From: Paragordius varius
Lineage: Eukaryota; Animalia; Nematomorpha
Assembly: GCA_964247055.1 (NCBI GenBank)
Contig: OZ176056.1
Span: 124,001 to 188,000 of the forward strand
Direction: 5' to 3'
DNA length: 64,000 nucleotides
Shown here: positions 1 to 12,300 of the stretch, in pieces
Numbering within the stretch: the stretch's first letter is position 1
Layout: every line of letters begins with the position of its first letter
Program-made: the position numbers and the translations under genes
The notes under the pieces: generated by a model
Databases searched by the model: none
The model's input: the letters and a program-made list of their open reading frames with translations, nothing else
Told to the model about the DNA's origin: nothing

Positions 1-123
1 GGGTAGCCCTATGGTAGTTCCATCATTACCCCAAATATTTTGGGGATCGGACTATAAATGTAATTTTTATGAATTTTTAAAATATTTAAAAAATTTATTT
101 TATACGATTTTTAAAATAAAAAT

Positions 124-181
124 GGCTACCTAAAATCCAAATTTGATCAGGTGATGTCGCCATAATTTTTTTTGGGTAGCC
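124..181. other. 12-bp imperfect inverted repeat across the monomer junction (GGCTACCTAAAA ... TTTTGGGTAGCC; example copy)
   Basis: Arms 124-135 and 170-181 pair at 11 of 12 positions, with a 34-nt spacer. Confidence 0.93.
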
Positions 182-244
182 CTATGGTAGTTCCATCATC
201 ACCCCAAATACTTTGGGGATCGGACTATAAATGTAATTTTTATG

Positions 245-268
245 AATTTTTTAAATATTTAAAAAATT
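245..268. other. Perfect 24-bp palindrome AATTTTTTAAATATTTAAAAAATT (monomer pos 72-95; example copy)
   Basis: The sequence equals its own reverse complement and is present in most monomers. Confidence 0.97.
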
Positions 269-519
269 TATTTTATACGATTTTAAAAATAAAAATGGCT
301 ACCTAAAATCCAAATATGATCAGGTGATGTCACCATTATTTTTTTTGGGTAGCCCTATGGTAGTTCCATCATCACCCCATATATTGTCGAGATCGGAGTA
401 TAAATGTAATTTTTTTGAATTTTTTAAATATTTAAAAAATTTATTTAATACGATTTTAAAAATAAAAATGGCTACCTAAAATCCAAATTTGATCAGGTGA
501 TGTCACCATAATTTTTTTT

Positions 520-692
520 GGGTAGCCCTATGGTAGTTCCATTATCACCCCAAATATTTTCGAGATCGGAGTATAAATGTAATTTTTATGAATTTTTTAA
601 ATATTTAAAAAATTTATTTTATACGATTTTAAAAATAAAAATGGCTACCTAAAATCCATATTTGATCAGGTGATGTCGCCATAATTTTTTTT
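520..692 (+). repeat. Representative monomer, CGAG...G class
   Basis: 173 bp, with TTTTCGAGATCGGAGTATA at monomer positions 38-56. The consensus has 45 G+C in 173 bp (26%). Confidence 0.97.
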
Positions 693-865
693 GGGTAGCC
701 CTATGGTAGTTCCATCATCACCTCAAATATTGTCGAGATCGGAGTATAAATGTAATTTTTATGAATTTTTTAAATATTTAAAAAATTTATTTTATACGAT
801 TTTAAAAATAAAAATGGCTACCTAAAATCCAAATTTGATCAGGTGATGTCGCCATAATTTTTTTT

Positions 866-1038
866 GGGTAGCCCTATGGTAGTTCCATCATCACCCCAAA
901 TATTTTGGGGATCGGACTATAAATGTAATTTTTATGAATTTTTTAAATATTTAAAAAATTTATTTTATACGATTTTAAAAATAAAAATGGCTACCTAAAA
1001 TCCAAATTTGATCAGGTGATGTCACTATAATTTTTTTT
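866..1038 (+). repeat. Representative monomer, GGGG...C class
   Basis: 173 bp, with TTTTGGGGATCGGACTATA. It differs from the other class at linked positions 42, 44 and 52. Confidence 0.95.
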
Positions 1039-1840
1039 GGGTAGCCCTATGGTAGTTCCATCATCACCCCAAATATTTTGGGGATCGGACTATAAATGTA
1101 ATTTTTATGAATTTTTTAAATATTTAAAAAATTTATTTTATACGATTTTAAAAATAAAAATGGCTACCTAAAATCCAAATTTGATCAGGTGATGTCACCA
1201 TAATTTTTTTTGGGTAGCCCTATGGTAGTTCCATCATCACCCCAAATATTTTCGAGATCGGAGTATAAATGTAATTTTTATGAATTTTTTAAATATTTAA
1301 AAAATTTATTTTATACGATTTTAAAAATAAAAATGGCTACCTAAAATCCAAATTTGATCAGGTGATGTCACTATAATTTTTTTGGGTAGCCCTATGGTAG
1401 TTCCATCATTACCCCAAATATTTTGGGGATCGGACTATAAATGTAATTTTTATGAATTTTTAAAATATTTAAAAAATTTATTTTATACGATTTTTAAAAT
1501 AAAAATGGCTACCTAAAATCCAAATTTGATCAGGTGATGTGACCATAATTTTTTTTGGGTAGCCCTATGGTACTTCCATCATCACCCCAAATATTTTCGA
1601 GATCGGAGTATAAATGTAATTTTTATGAATTTTTTAAATATTTAAAAAATTTATTTTATACGATTTTAAAAATAAAAATGGCTACCTAAAATCCAAATTT
1701 GATCAGGCGATGTCACCATAATTTTTTTTGGGTAGCCCTATGGTAGTTCCATCATCACCCCAAATATTTTCGAGATCGGAGTATAAATGTAATTTTTATG
1801 AATTTTTTAAATATTTAAAAAATTTATTTTATACGATTTT

Positions 1841-4800
1841 AAAAATAAAAATGGCTACCTAAAATCCAAATTTGATCAGGTGATGTCACTATAATTTTTT
1901 TGGGTAGCCCTATGGTAGTTCCATCATTACCCCAAATATTTTGGGGATCGGACTATAAATGTAATTTTTATGAATTTTTAAAATATTTAAAAAATTTATT
2001 TTATACGATTTTTAAAATAAAAATGGCTACCTAAAATCCAAATTTGATCAGGTGATGTCGCCATAATTTTTTTTGGGTAGCCCTATGGTAGTTCCATCAT
2101 CACCCCAAATACTTTGGGGATCGGACTATATATGTAATTTTTATGAATTTTTTAAATATTTAAAAAATTTATTACCTAAAATCCAAATATGATCAGGTGA
2201 TGTCACCATTATTTTTTTTGGGTAGCCCTATGGTAGTTCCATCATCACCCCAAATATTTTCGAGATTGGAGTATAAATGTAATTTTTATGAATTTTTTAA
2301 ATATTTAAAAAATTTATTTTATACGATTTTAAAAATAAAAATGGCTACCTAAAATCCAAATTTGATCAGATGATGTCACCATAATTTTTTTTGGGTAGCC
2401 CTATGGTAGTTCCATCATCACCCCAAATATTGTCGAGATCGGAGTATAAATGTAATTTTTTTGAATTTTTTAAATATTTAAAAAATTTATTTAATACGAT
2501 TTTAAAAATAAAAATGGCTACCTAAAATCCAAATTTGATCAGGTGATGTCACCATAATTTTTTTTGGGTAGCCCTATGGTAGTTCCATTATCACCCCAAA
2601 TATTTTCGAGATCGGAGTATAAATGTAATTTTTATGAATTTTTTAAATATTTAAAAAATTTATTTTATACGATTTTAAAAATAAAAATGGCTACCTAAAA
2701 TCCAAATTTGATCAGGTGATGTCGCCATAATTTTTTTTGGGTAGCCCTATGGTAGTTCCATCATCACCTCAAATATTGTCGAGATCGGAGTATAAATGTA
2801 ATTTTTATGAATTTTTTAAATATTTAAAAAATTTATTTTATACGATTTTAAAAATAAAAATGGCTACCTAAAATCCAAATTTGATCAGGTGATGTCGCCA
2901 TAATTTTTTTTGGGTAGCCCTATGGTAGTTCCATCATCACCCCAAATATTTTGGGGATCGGACTATAAATGTAATTTTTATGAATTTTTTAAATATTTAA
3001 AAAATTTATTTTATACGATTTTAAAAATAAAAATGGCTACCTAAAATCCAAATTTGATCAGGTGATGTCACTATAATTTTTTTTGGGTAGCCCTATGGTA
3101 GTTCCATCATCACCCCAAATATTTTGGGGATCGGACTATAAATGTAATTTTTATGAATTTTTAAAATATTTAAAAAATTTATTTTATACGATTTTTAAAA
3201 TAAAAATGGCTACCTAAAATCCAAATTTGATCAGGTGATGTCGCCATAATTTTTTTTGGGTAGCCCTATGGTAGTTCCATTATCACCCCAAATATTTTCG
3301 AGATCGGAGTATAAATGTAATTTTTATGAATTTTTTAAATATTTAAAAAATTTATTTTATACGATTTTAAAAATAAAAATGGCTACCTAAAATCCAAATT
3401 TGATCAGGTGATGTCACCATAATTTTTTTTGGGTTGCCCTATGTTAGTTCCATCATCACCCCAAATATTGTCGAGATCGGAGTATAAATGTAATTTTTTT
3501 GAATTTTTTAAATATTTAAAAAATTTATTTTATACGATTTTAAAAATAAAAATGGCTACCTAAAATCCAAATTTGATCAGGTGATGTCACCATAATTTTT
3601 TTTGGGTAGCCCTATGGTAGTTCCATTATCACCCCAAATATTTTCGAGATCGGAGTATAAATGTAATTTTTATGAATTTTTTAAATATTTAAAAAATTTA
3701 TTTTATACGATTTTAAAAATAAAAATGGCTACCTAAAATCCAAATTTGATCAGGTGATGTCGCCATAATTTTTTTTGGGTAGCCCTATGGTAGTTCCATC
3801 ATCACCCCAAATATTTTGGGGATCGGACTATAAATGTAATTTTTATGAATTTTTTAAATATTTAAAAAATTTATTTTATACGATTTTAAAAATAAAAATG
3901 GCTACCTAAAATCCAAATTTGATCAGGTGATGTCACCATAATTTTTTTTGGGTAGCCCTATGGTATTTCCATCATCACCCCAAATATTTTCGAGATCGGA
4001 GTATAAATGTAATTTTTATGAATTTTTTAAATATTTAAAAAATTTATTTTATACGATTTAAAAAATAAAAATGGCTACCTAAAATCCAAATTTGATCAGG
4101 TGATGTCACTATAATTTTTTTGGGTAGCCCTATGGTAGTTCCATCATTACCCCAAATATTTTGGGGATCGGACTATAAATGTAATTTTTATGAATTTTTA
4201 AAATATTTAAAAAATTTATTTTATACGATTTTTAAAATAAAAATGGCTACCTAAAATCCAAATTTGATCAGGTGATGTCGCCATAATTTTTTTTGGGTAG
4301 CCCTATGGTAGTTCCATCATCACCCCAAATACTTTGGGGATCGGACTATATATGTAATTTTTATGAATTTTTTAAATATTTAAAAAATTTATTACCTAAA
4401 ATCCAAATATGATCAGGTGATGTCACCATTATTTTTTTTGGGTAGCCCTATGGTAGTTCCATCATCACCCCAAATATTTTCGAGATTGGAGTATAAATGT
4501 AATTTTTATGAATTTTTTAAATATTTAAAAAATTTATTTTATACGATTTTAAAAATAAAAATGGCTACCTAAAATCCAAATTTGATCAGATGATGTCACC
4601 ATAATTTTTTTTGGGTAGCCCTATGGTAGTTCCATCATCACCCCAAATATTGTCGAGATCGGAGTATAAATGTAATTTTTTTGAATTTTTTAAATATTTA
4701 AAAAATTTATTTAATACGATTTTAAAAATAAAAATGGCTACCTAAAATCCAAATTTGATCAGGTGATGTCACCATAATTTTTTTTGGGTAGCCCTATGGT

Positions 4801-6318
4801 AGTTCCATTATCACCCCAAATATTTTCGAGATCGGAGTATAAATGTAATTTTTATGAATTTTTTAAATATTTAAAAAATTTATTTTATACGATTTTAAAA
4901 ATAAAAATGGCTACCTAAAATCCAAATTTGATCAGGTGATGTCGCCATAATTTTTTTTGGGTAGCCCTATGGTAGTTCCATCATCACCTCAAATATTGTC
5001 GAGATCGGAGTATAAATGTAATTTTTATGAATTTTTTAAATATTTAAAAAATTTATTTTATACGATTTTAAAAATAAAAATGGCTACCTAAAATCCAAAT
5101 TTGATCAGGTGATGTCGCCATAATTTTTTTGGGTAGCCCTATGGTAGTTCCATCATCACCCCAAATATTTTGGGGATCGGACTATAAATGTAATTTTTAT
5201 GAATTTTTTAAATATTTAAAAAATTTATTTTATACGATTTTAAAAATAAAAATGGCTACCTAAAATCCAAATTTGATCAGGTGATGTCACTATAATTTTT
5301 TTTGGGTAGCCCTATGGTAGTTCCATCATCACCCCAAATATTTTGGGGATCGGACTATAAATGTAATTTTTATGAATTTTTAAAATATTTAAAAAATTTA
5401 TTTTATACGATTTTTAAAATAAAAATGGCTACCTAAAATCCAAATTTGATCAGGTGATGTCGCCATAATTTTTTTTGGGTAGCCCTATGGTAGTTCCATT
5501 ATCACCCCAAATATTTTCGAGATCGGAGTATAAATGTAATTTTTATGAATTTTTTAAATATTTAAAAAATTTATTTTATACGATTTTAAAAATAAAAATG
5601 GCTACCTAAAATCCAAATTTGATCAGGTGATGTCACCATAATTTTTTTTGGGTTGCCCTATGGTAGTTCCATCATCACCCCAAATATTGTCGAGATCGGA
5701 GTATAAATGTAATTTTTTTGAATTTTTTAAATATTTAAAAAATTTATTTTATACGATTTTAAAAATAAAAATGGCTACCTAAAATCCAAATTTGATCAGG
5801 TGATGTCACCATAATTTTTTTTGGGTAGCCCTATGGTAGTTCCATTATCACCCCAAATATTTTCGAGATCGGAGTATAAATGTAATTTTTATGAATTTTT
5901 TAAATATTTAAAAAATTTATTTTATACGATTTTAAAAATAAAAATGGCTACCTAAAATCCAAATTTGATCAGGTGATGTCGCCATAATTTTTTTTGGGTA
6001 GCCCTATGGTAGTTCCATCATCACCCCAAATATTTTGGGGATCGGACTATAAATGTAATTTTTATGAATTTTTAAATATTTAAAAAATTTATTTTATACG
6101 ATTTTAAAAATAAAAATGGCTACCTAAAATCCAAATTTGATCAGGTGATGTCACCATAATTTTTTTTGGGTAGCCCTATGGTATTTCCATCATCACCCCA
6201 AATATTTTCGAGATCGGAGTATAAATGTAATTTTTATGAATTTTTTAAATATTTAAAAAATTTATTTTATACGATTTAAAAAATAAAAATGGCTACCTAA
6301 AATCCAAATTTGATCAGG
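1841..6318. repeat. Tandem duplication of a 13-monomer unit (~2220 bp)
   Basis: The 28-bp-deleted monomer occurs at 2075 and 4295 (+2220). GGGTTGCC and GGTATTTCC recur at +2219 and +2218 after single-T losses. Confidence 0.92.
2075..2219 (+). repeat. Truncated 145-bp monomer (28-bp deletion); second copy 4295-4439
   Basis: AAAAAATTTATTACCTAAAA replaces ...TTTATTTTATACGATTTTAAAAATAAAAATGGCTACCTAAAA. Confidence 0.96.
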
Positions 6319-9300
6319 CGATGTCACCATAATTTTTTTTGGGTAGCCCTATGGTAGTTCCATCATCACCCCAAATATTTTCGAGATCGGAGTATAAATG
6401 TAATTTTTATGAATTTTTTAAATATTTAAAAAATTTATTTTATACGATTTTAAAAATAAAAATGGCTACCTAAAATCCAAATTTGATCAGGTGATGTCAC
6501 TATAATTTTTTCGGGTAGCCCTATGGTAGTTCCATCATTACCCCAAATATTTTGGGGATCGGACTATAAATGTAATTTTTATGAATTTTTAAAATATTTA
6601 AAAAATTTATTTTATACGATTTTTAAAATAAAAATGGCTACCTAAAATCCAAATTTGATCAGGTGATGTCACCATAATTTTTTTTGGGTAGCCCTATGGT
6701 AGTTCCATCATCACCCCAAATATTTTCGAGATCGGAGTATAAATGTAATTTTTATGAATTTTTTAAATATTTAAAAAATTTATTTTATACGATTTAAAAA
6801 ATAAAAATGGCTACCTAAAATCCAAATTTGATCAGGCGATGTCACCATAATTTTTTTTGGGTAGCCCTATGGTAGTTCCATCATTACCCCAAATATTTTG
6901 GGGATCGGACTATAAATGTAATTTTTATGAATTTTTAAAATATTTAAAAAATTTATTTTATACGATTTTTAAAATAAAAATGGCTACCTAAAATCCAAAT
7001 TTGATCAGGTGATGTCGCCATAATTTTTTTTGGGTAGCCCTATGGTAGTTCCATCATCACCCCAAATATTTTGGGGATCGGACTATAAATGTAATTTTTA
7101 TGAATTTTTTAAATATTTAAAAAATTTATTTTATACGATTTTAAAAATAAAAATGGCTACCTAAAATCCAAATTTGATCAGGCGATGTCACCATAATTTT
7201 TTTTGGGTAGCCCTATGGTAGTTCCATCATCACCCCAAATACTTTGGGGATCGGACTATAAATGTAATTTTTATGAATTTTTTAAATATTTAAAAAATTT
7301 ATTTTATACGATTTTAAAAATAAAAATGGCTACCTAAAATCCAAATTTGATCAGGTGATGTCACCATAATTTTTTTTGGGTAGCCCTATGGTAGTTCCAT
7401 CATCACCCCAAATATTGTCGAGATCGGAGTATAAATGTAATTTTTTTGAATTTTTTAAATATTTAAAAAATTTATTTAATACGATTTTAAAAATAAAAAT
7501 GGCTACCTAAAATCCAAATTTGATCAGGTAATGTCACCATAATTTTTTTTGGGTAGCCCTATGGTAGTTCCATTATCACCCCAAATATTTTCGAGATCGG
7601 AGTATAAATGTAATTTTTATGAATTTTTTAAATATTTAAAAAATTTATTTTATACGATTTTAAAAATAAAAATGGCTACCTAAAATCCAAATTTGATCAG
7701 GTGATGTCGCCATAATTTTTTTTGGGTAGCCCTATGGTAGTTCCATCATCACCCCAAATATTTTGGGGATCGGACTATAAATGTAATTTTTATGAATTTT
7801 TTAAATATTTAAAAAATTTATTTTATACGATTTTAAAAATAAAAATGGCTACCTAAAATCCAAATTTAGGTGATGTCACCATAATTTTTTTTGGGTAGCC
7901 CTATGGTAGTTCCATCATCACCCCAAATATTTTCGAGATCGGAGTATAAATGTAATTTTTTTGAATTTTTTAAATATTTAAAAAATTTATTTAATACGAT
8001 TTTAAAAATAAAAATGGCTACCTAAAATCCAAATTTGATCAGGTGATGTCACCATAATTTTTTTTGGGTAGCCCTAAGGTAGTTCCATTATCACCCCAAA
8101 TATTTTCGAGATCGGAGTATAAATGTAATTTTTATGAATTTTTTAAATATTTAAAAAATTTATTTTATACGATTTTAAAAATAAAAATGGCTACATAAAA
8201 TCCAAATTTGATCAGGTGATGTCGCCATAATTTTTTTTGGGTAGCCCTATGGTAGTTCCATCATCACCCCAAATATTGTCGAGATCGGAGTATAAATGTA
8301 ATTTTTTTGAATTTTTTAAATATTTAAAAAATTTATTTTATACGATTTTAAAAATAAAAATGGCTACCTAAAATCCAAATTTGATCAGGTGATGTCACTA
8401 TAATTTTTTTTGGGTAGCCCTATGGTAGTTCCATCATCACCCCAAATATTTTGGGGATCGGACTATAAATGTAATTTTTATGAATTTTTAAAATATTTAA
8501 AAAATTTATTTTATACGATTTTTAAAATAAAAATGGCTACCTAAAATCCAAATTTGATCAGGTGATGTCGCCATAATTTTTTTGGGTAGCCCTATGGTAG
8601 TTCCATCATCACCCCAAATACTTTGGGGATCGGACTATAAATGTAATTTTTATGAATTTTTTAAATATTTAAAAAATTTATTTTATACGATTTTAAAAAT
8701 AAAAATGGCTACCTAAAATCCAAATATGATCAGGTGATGTCACCATTATTTTTTTTGGGTAGCCCTATGGTAGTTCCATCATCACCCCAAATATTTTCGA
8801 GATTGGAGTATAAATGTAATTTTTATGAATTTTTTAAATATTTAAAAAATTTATTTTATACGATTTTAAAAATAAAAATGGCTACCTAAAATCCAAATTT
8901 GATCAGGTGATGTCACCATAATTTTTTTTGGGTAGCCCTATGGTAGTTCCATCATCACCCCAAATATTGTCGAGATCGGAGTATAAATGTAATTTTTTTG
9001 AATTTAAATATTTAAAAAATTTATTTAATACGATTTTAAAAATAAAAATGGCTACCTAAAATCCAAATTTGATCAGGTGATGTCACCATAATTTTTTTTG
9101 GGTAGCCCTATGGTAGTTCCATTATCACCCCAAATATTTTCGAGATCGGAGTATAAATGTAATTTTTATGAATTTTTTAAATATTTAAAATATTTATTTT
9201 ATACGATTTTAAAAATAAAAATGGCTACCTAAAATCCAAATTTGATCAGGTGATGTCACCATAATTTTTTTTGGGTTGCCCTATGGTAGTTCCATCATCA

Positions 9301-12300
9301 CCCCAAATATTGTCGAGATCGGAGTATAAATGTAATTTTTTTGAATTTTTTAAATATTTAAAAAATTTATTTTATACGATTTTAAAAATAAAAATGGCTA
9401 CCTAAAATCCAAATTTGATCAGGTGATGTCACCATAATTTTTTTTGGGTAGCCCTATGGTAGTTCCATTATCACCCCAAATATTTTCGAGATCGGAGTAT
9501 AAATGTAATTTTTATGAATTTTTTAAATATTTAAAAAATTTATTTTATACGATTTTAAAAATAAAAATGGCTACCTAAAATCCAAATTTGATCAGGTGAT
9601 GTCGCCATAATTTTTTTTGGGTAGCCCTATGGTAGTTCCATCATCACCCCAAATATTTTGGGGATCGGACTATAAATGTAATTTTTATGAATTTTTTAAA
9701 TATTTAAAAAATTTATTTTATACGATTTTAAAAATAAAAATGGCTACCTAAAATCCAAATTTGATCAGGTGATGTCACCATAATTTTTTTTGGGTAGCCC
9801 TATGGTAGTTCCATCATCACCCCAAATATTTTCGAGATCGGAGTATAAATGTAATTTTTATGAATTTTTTAAATATTTAAAAAATTTATTTTATACGATT
9901 TTAAAAATAAAAATGGCTACCTAAAATCCAAATTTGATCAGGCGATGTCACCATAATTTTTTTTGGGTAGCCCTATGGTAGTTCCATCATCACACCAAAT
10001 ATTTTCGAGATCGGAGTATAAATGTAATTTTTATGAATTTTTTAAATATTTAAAAAATTTATTATACGATTTTAAAAATAAAAATGGCTACCTAAAATCC
10101 AAATTTGATCAGGTAATGTCACCATAATTTTTTTTGGGTAGCCCTATGGTAGTTCCATTATCACCCCAAATATTTTCGAGATCGGAGTATAAATGTAATT
10201 TTTATGAATTTTTTAAATATTTAAAAAATTTATTTTATACGATTTTAAAAATAAAAATGGCTACCTAAAATCCAAATTTGATCAGGTGATGTCGCCATAA
10301 TTTTTTTTGGGTAGCCCTATGGTAGTTCCATCATCACCCCAAATATTTTGGGGATCGGACAATAAATGTAATTTTTATGAATTTTTTAAATATTTAAAAA
10401 ATTTATTTTATACGATTTTAAAAATAAAAATGGCTACCTAAAATCCAAATTTAGGTGATGTCACCATAATTTTTTTTGGGTAGCCCTATGGTAGTTCCAT
10501 CATCACCCCAAATATTTTCGAGATCGGAGTATAAATGTAATTTTTTTGAATTTTTTAAATATTTAAAAAATTTATTTAATACGATTTTAAAAATAAAAAT
10601 GGCTACCTAAAATCCAAATTTGATCAGGTGATGTCACCATAATTTTTTTTGGGTAGCCCTAAGGTAGTTCCATTATCACCCCAAATATTTTCGAGATCGG
10701 AGTATAAATGTAATTTTTATGAATTTTTTAAATATTTAAAAAATTTATTTTATACGATTTTAAAAATAAAAATGGCTACCTAAAATCCAAATTTGATCAG
10801 GTGATGTCGCCATAATTTTTTTTGGGTAGCCCTATGATAGTTCCATCATCACCCCAAATATTGTCGAGATCGGAGTATAAATGTAATTTTTTTGAATTTT
10901 TTAAATATTTAAAAAATTTATTTTATACGATTTTAAAAATAAAAATGGCTACCTAAAATCCAAATTTGATCAGGTGATGTCACTATAATTTTTTTTGGGT
11001 AGCCCTATGGTAGTTCCATCATCACCCCAAATATTTTGGGGATCGGACTATAAATGTAATTTTTATGAATTTTTAAAATATTTAAAAAATTTATTTTATA
11101 CGATTTTTAAAATAAAAATGGCTACCTAAAATCCAAATTTGATCAGGTGATGTCGCCATAATTTTTTTAGGTAGCCCTATGGTAGTTCCATCATCACCCC
11201 AAATACTTTGGGGATCGGACTATAAATGTAATTTTTATGAATTTTTTAAATATTTAAAAAATTTATTTTATACGATTTTAAAAATAAAAATGGCTACCTA
11301 AAATCCAAATATGATCAGGTGATGTCACCATTATTTTTTTTGGGTAGCCCTATGGTAGTTCCATCATCACCCCAAATATTTTCGAGATTGGAGTATAAAT
11401 GTAATTTTTATGAATTTTTTAAATATTTAAAAAATTTATTTTATACGATTTTAAAAATAAAAATGGCTACCTAAAATCCAAATTTGATCAGGTGATGTCA
11501 CCATAATTTTTTTTGGGTAGCCCTATGGTAGTTCCATCATCACCCCAAATATTGTCGAGATCGGAGTATAAATGTAATTTTTTTGAATTTTTTAAATATT
11601 TAAAAAATTTATTTAATACGATTTTAAAAATAAAAATGGCTACCTAAAATCCAAATTTGATCAGGTGATGTCACCATAATTTTTTTTGGGTAGCCCTATG
11701 GTAGTTCCATTATCACCCCAAATATTTTCGAGATCGGAGTATAAATGTAATTTTTATGAATTTTTTAAATATTTAAAAAATTTATTTTATACGATTTTAA
11801 AAATAAAAATGGCTACCTAAAATCCAAATTTGATCAGGTGATGTCACCATAATTTTTTTTGGGTTGCCCTATGGTAGTTCCATCATCACCCCAAATATTG
11901 TCGAGATCGGAGTATAAATGTAATTTTTTTGAATTTTTTAAATATTTAAAAAATTTATTTTATACGATTTTAAAAATAAAAATGGCTACCTAAAATCCAA
12001 ATTTGATCAGGTGATGTCACCATAATTTTTTTTGGGTAGCCCTATGGTAGTTCCATTATCACCCCAAATATTTTCGAGATCGGAGTATAAATGTAATTTT
12101 TATGAATTTTTTAAATATTTAAAAAATTTATTTTATACGATTTTAAAAATAAAAATGGCTACCTAAAATCCAAATTTGATCAGGTGATGTCGCCATAATT
12201 TTTTTTGGGTAGCCCTATGGTAGTTCCATCATCACCCCAAATATTTTGGGGATCGGACTATAAATGTAATTTTTATGAATTTTTTAAATATTTAAAAAAT

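Noticed and set aside
31-151. Internal sub-repeat origin of the monomer (CCAAATATTTT..GATCGG vs CCAAATTTGATCAGG; AAATATTT twice)
   Set aside because: The similarity is short, gapped and AT-rich, so it cannot be distinguished from chance by eye.
558-575. CENP-B box in TTTCGAGATCGGAG
   Set aside because: The box needs TTCG-N4-A-N2-CGGG (7 nt between TTCG and CGGG). Here there are 4 nt and CGGA.
530-652. Annotating the 40-codon ORF as a CDS
   Set aside because: There is no recognisable domain, promoter or sign of purifying selection. Because 173 is not a multiple of 3 and the frame ends in TAA, no read-through repeat protein is possible.
5120-5135. Isolated T8>T7 homopolymer changes as biological markers
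   Set aside because: Singletons may be sequencing or consensus errors. I used them only where they recur at a duplication offset.
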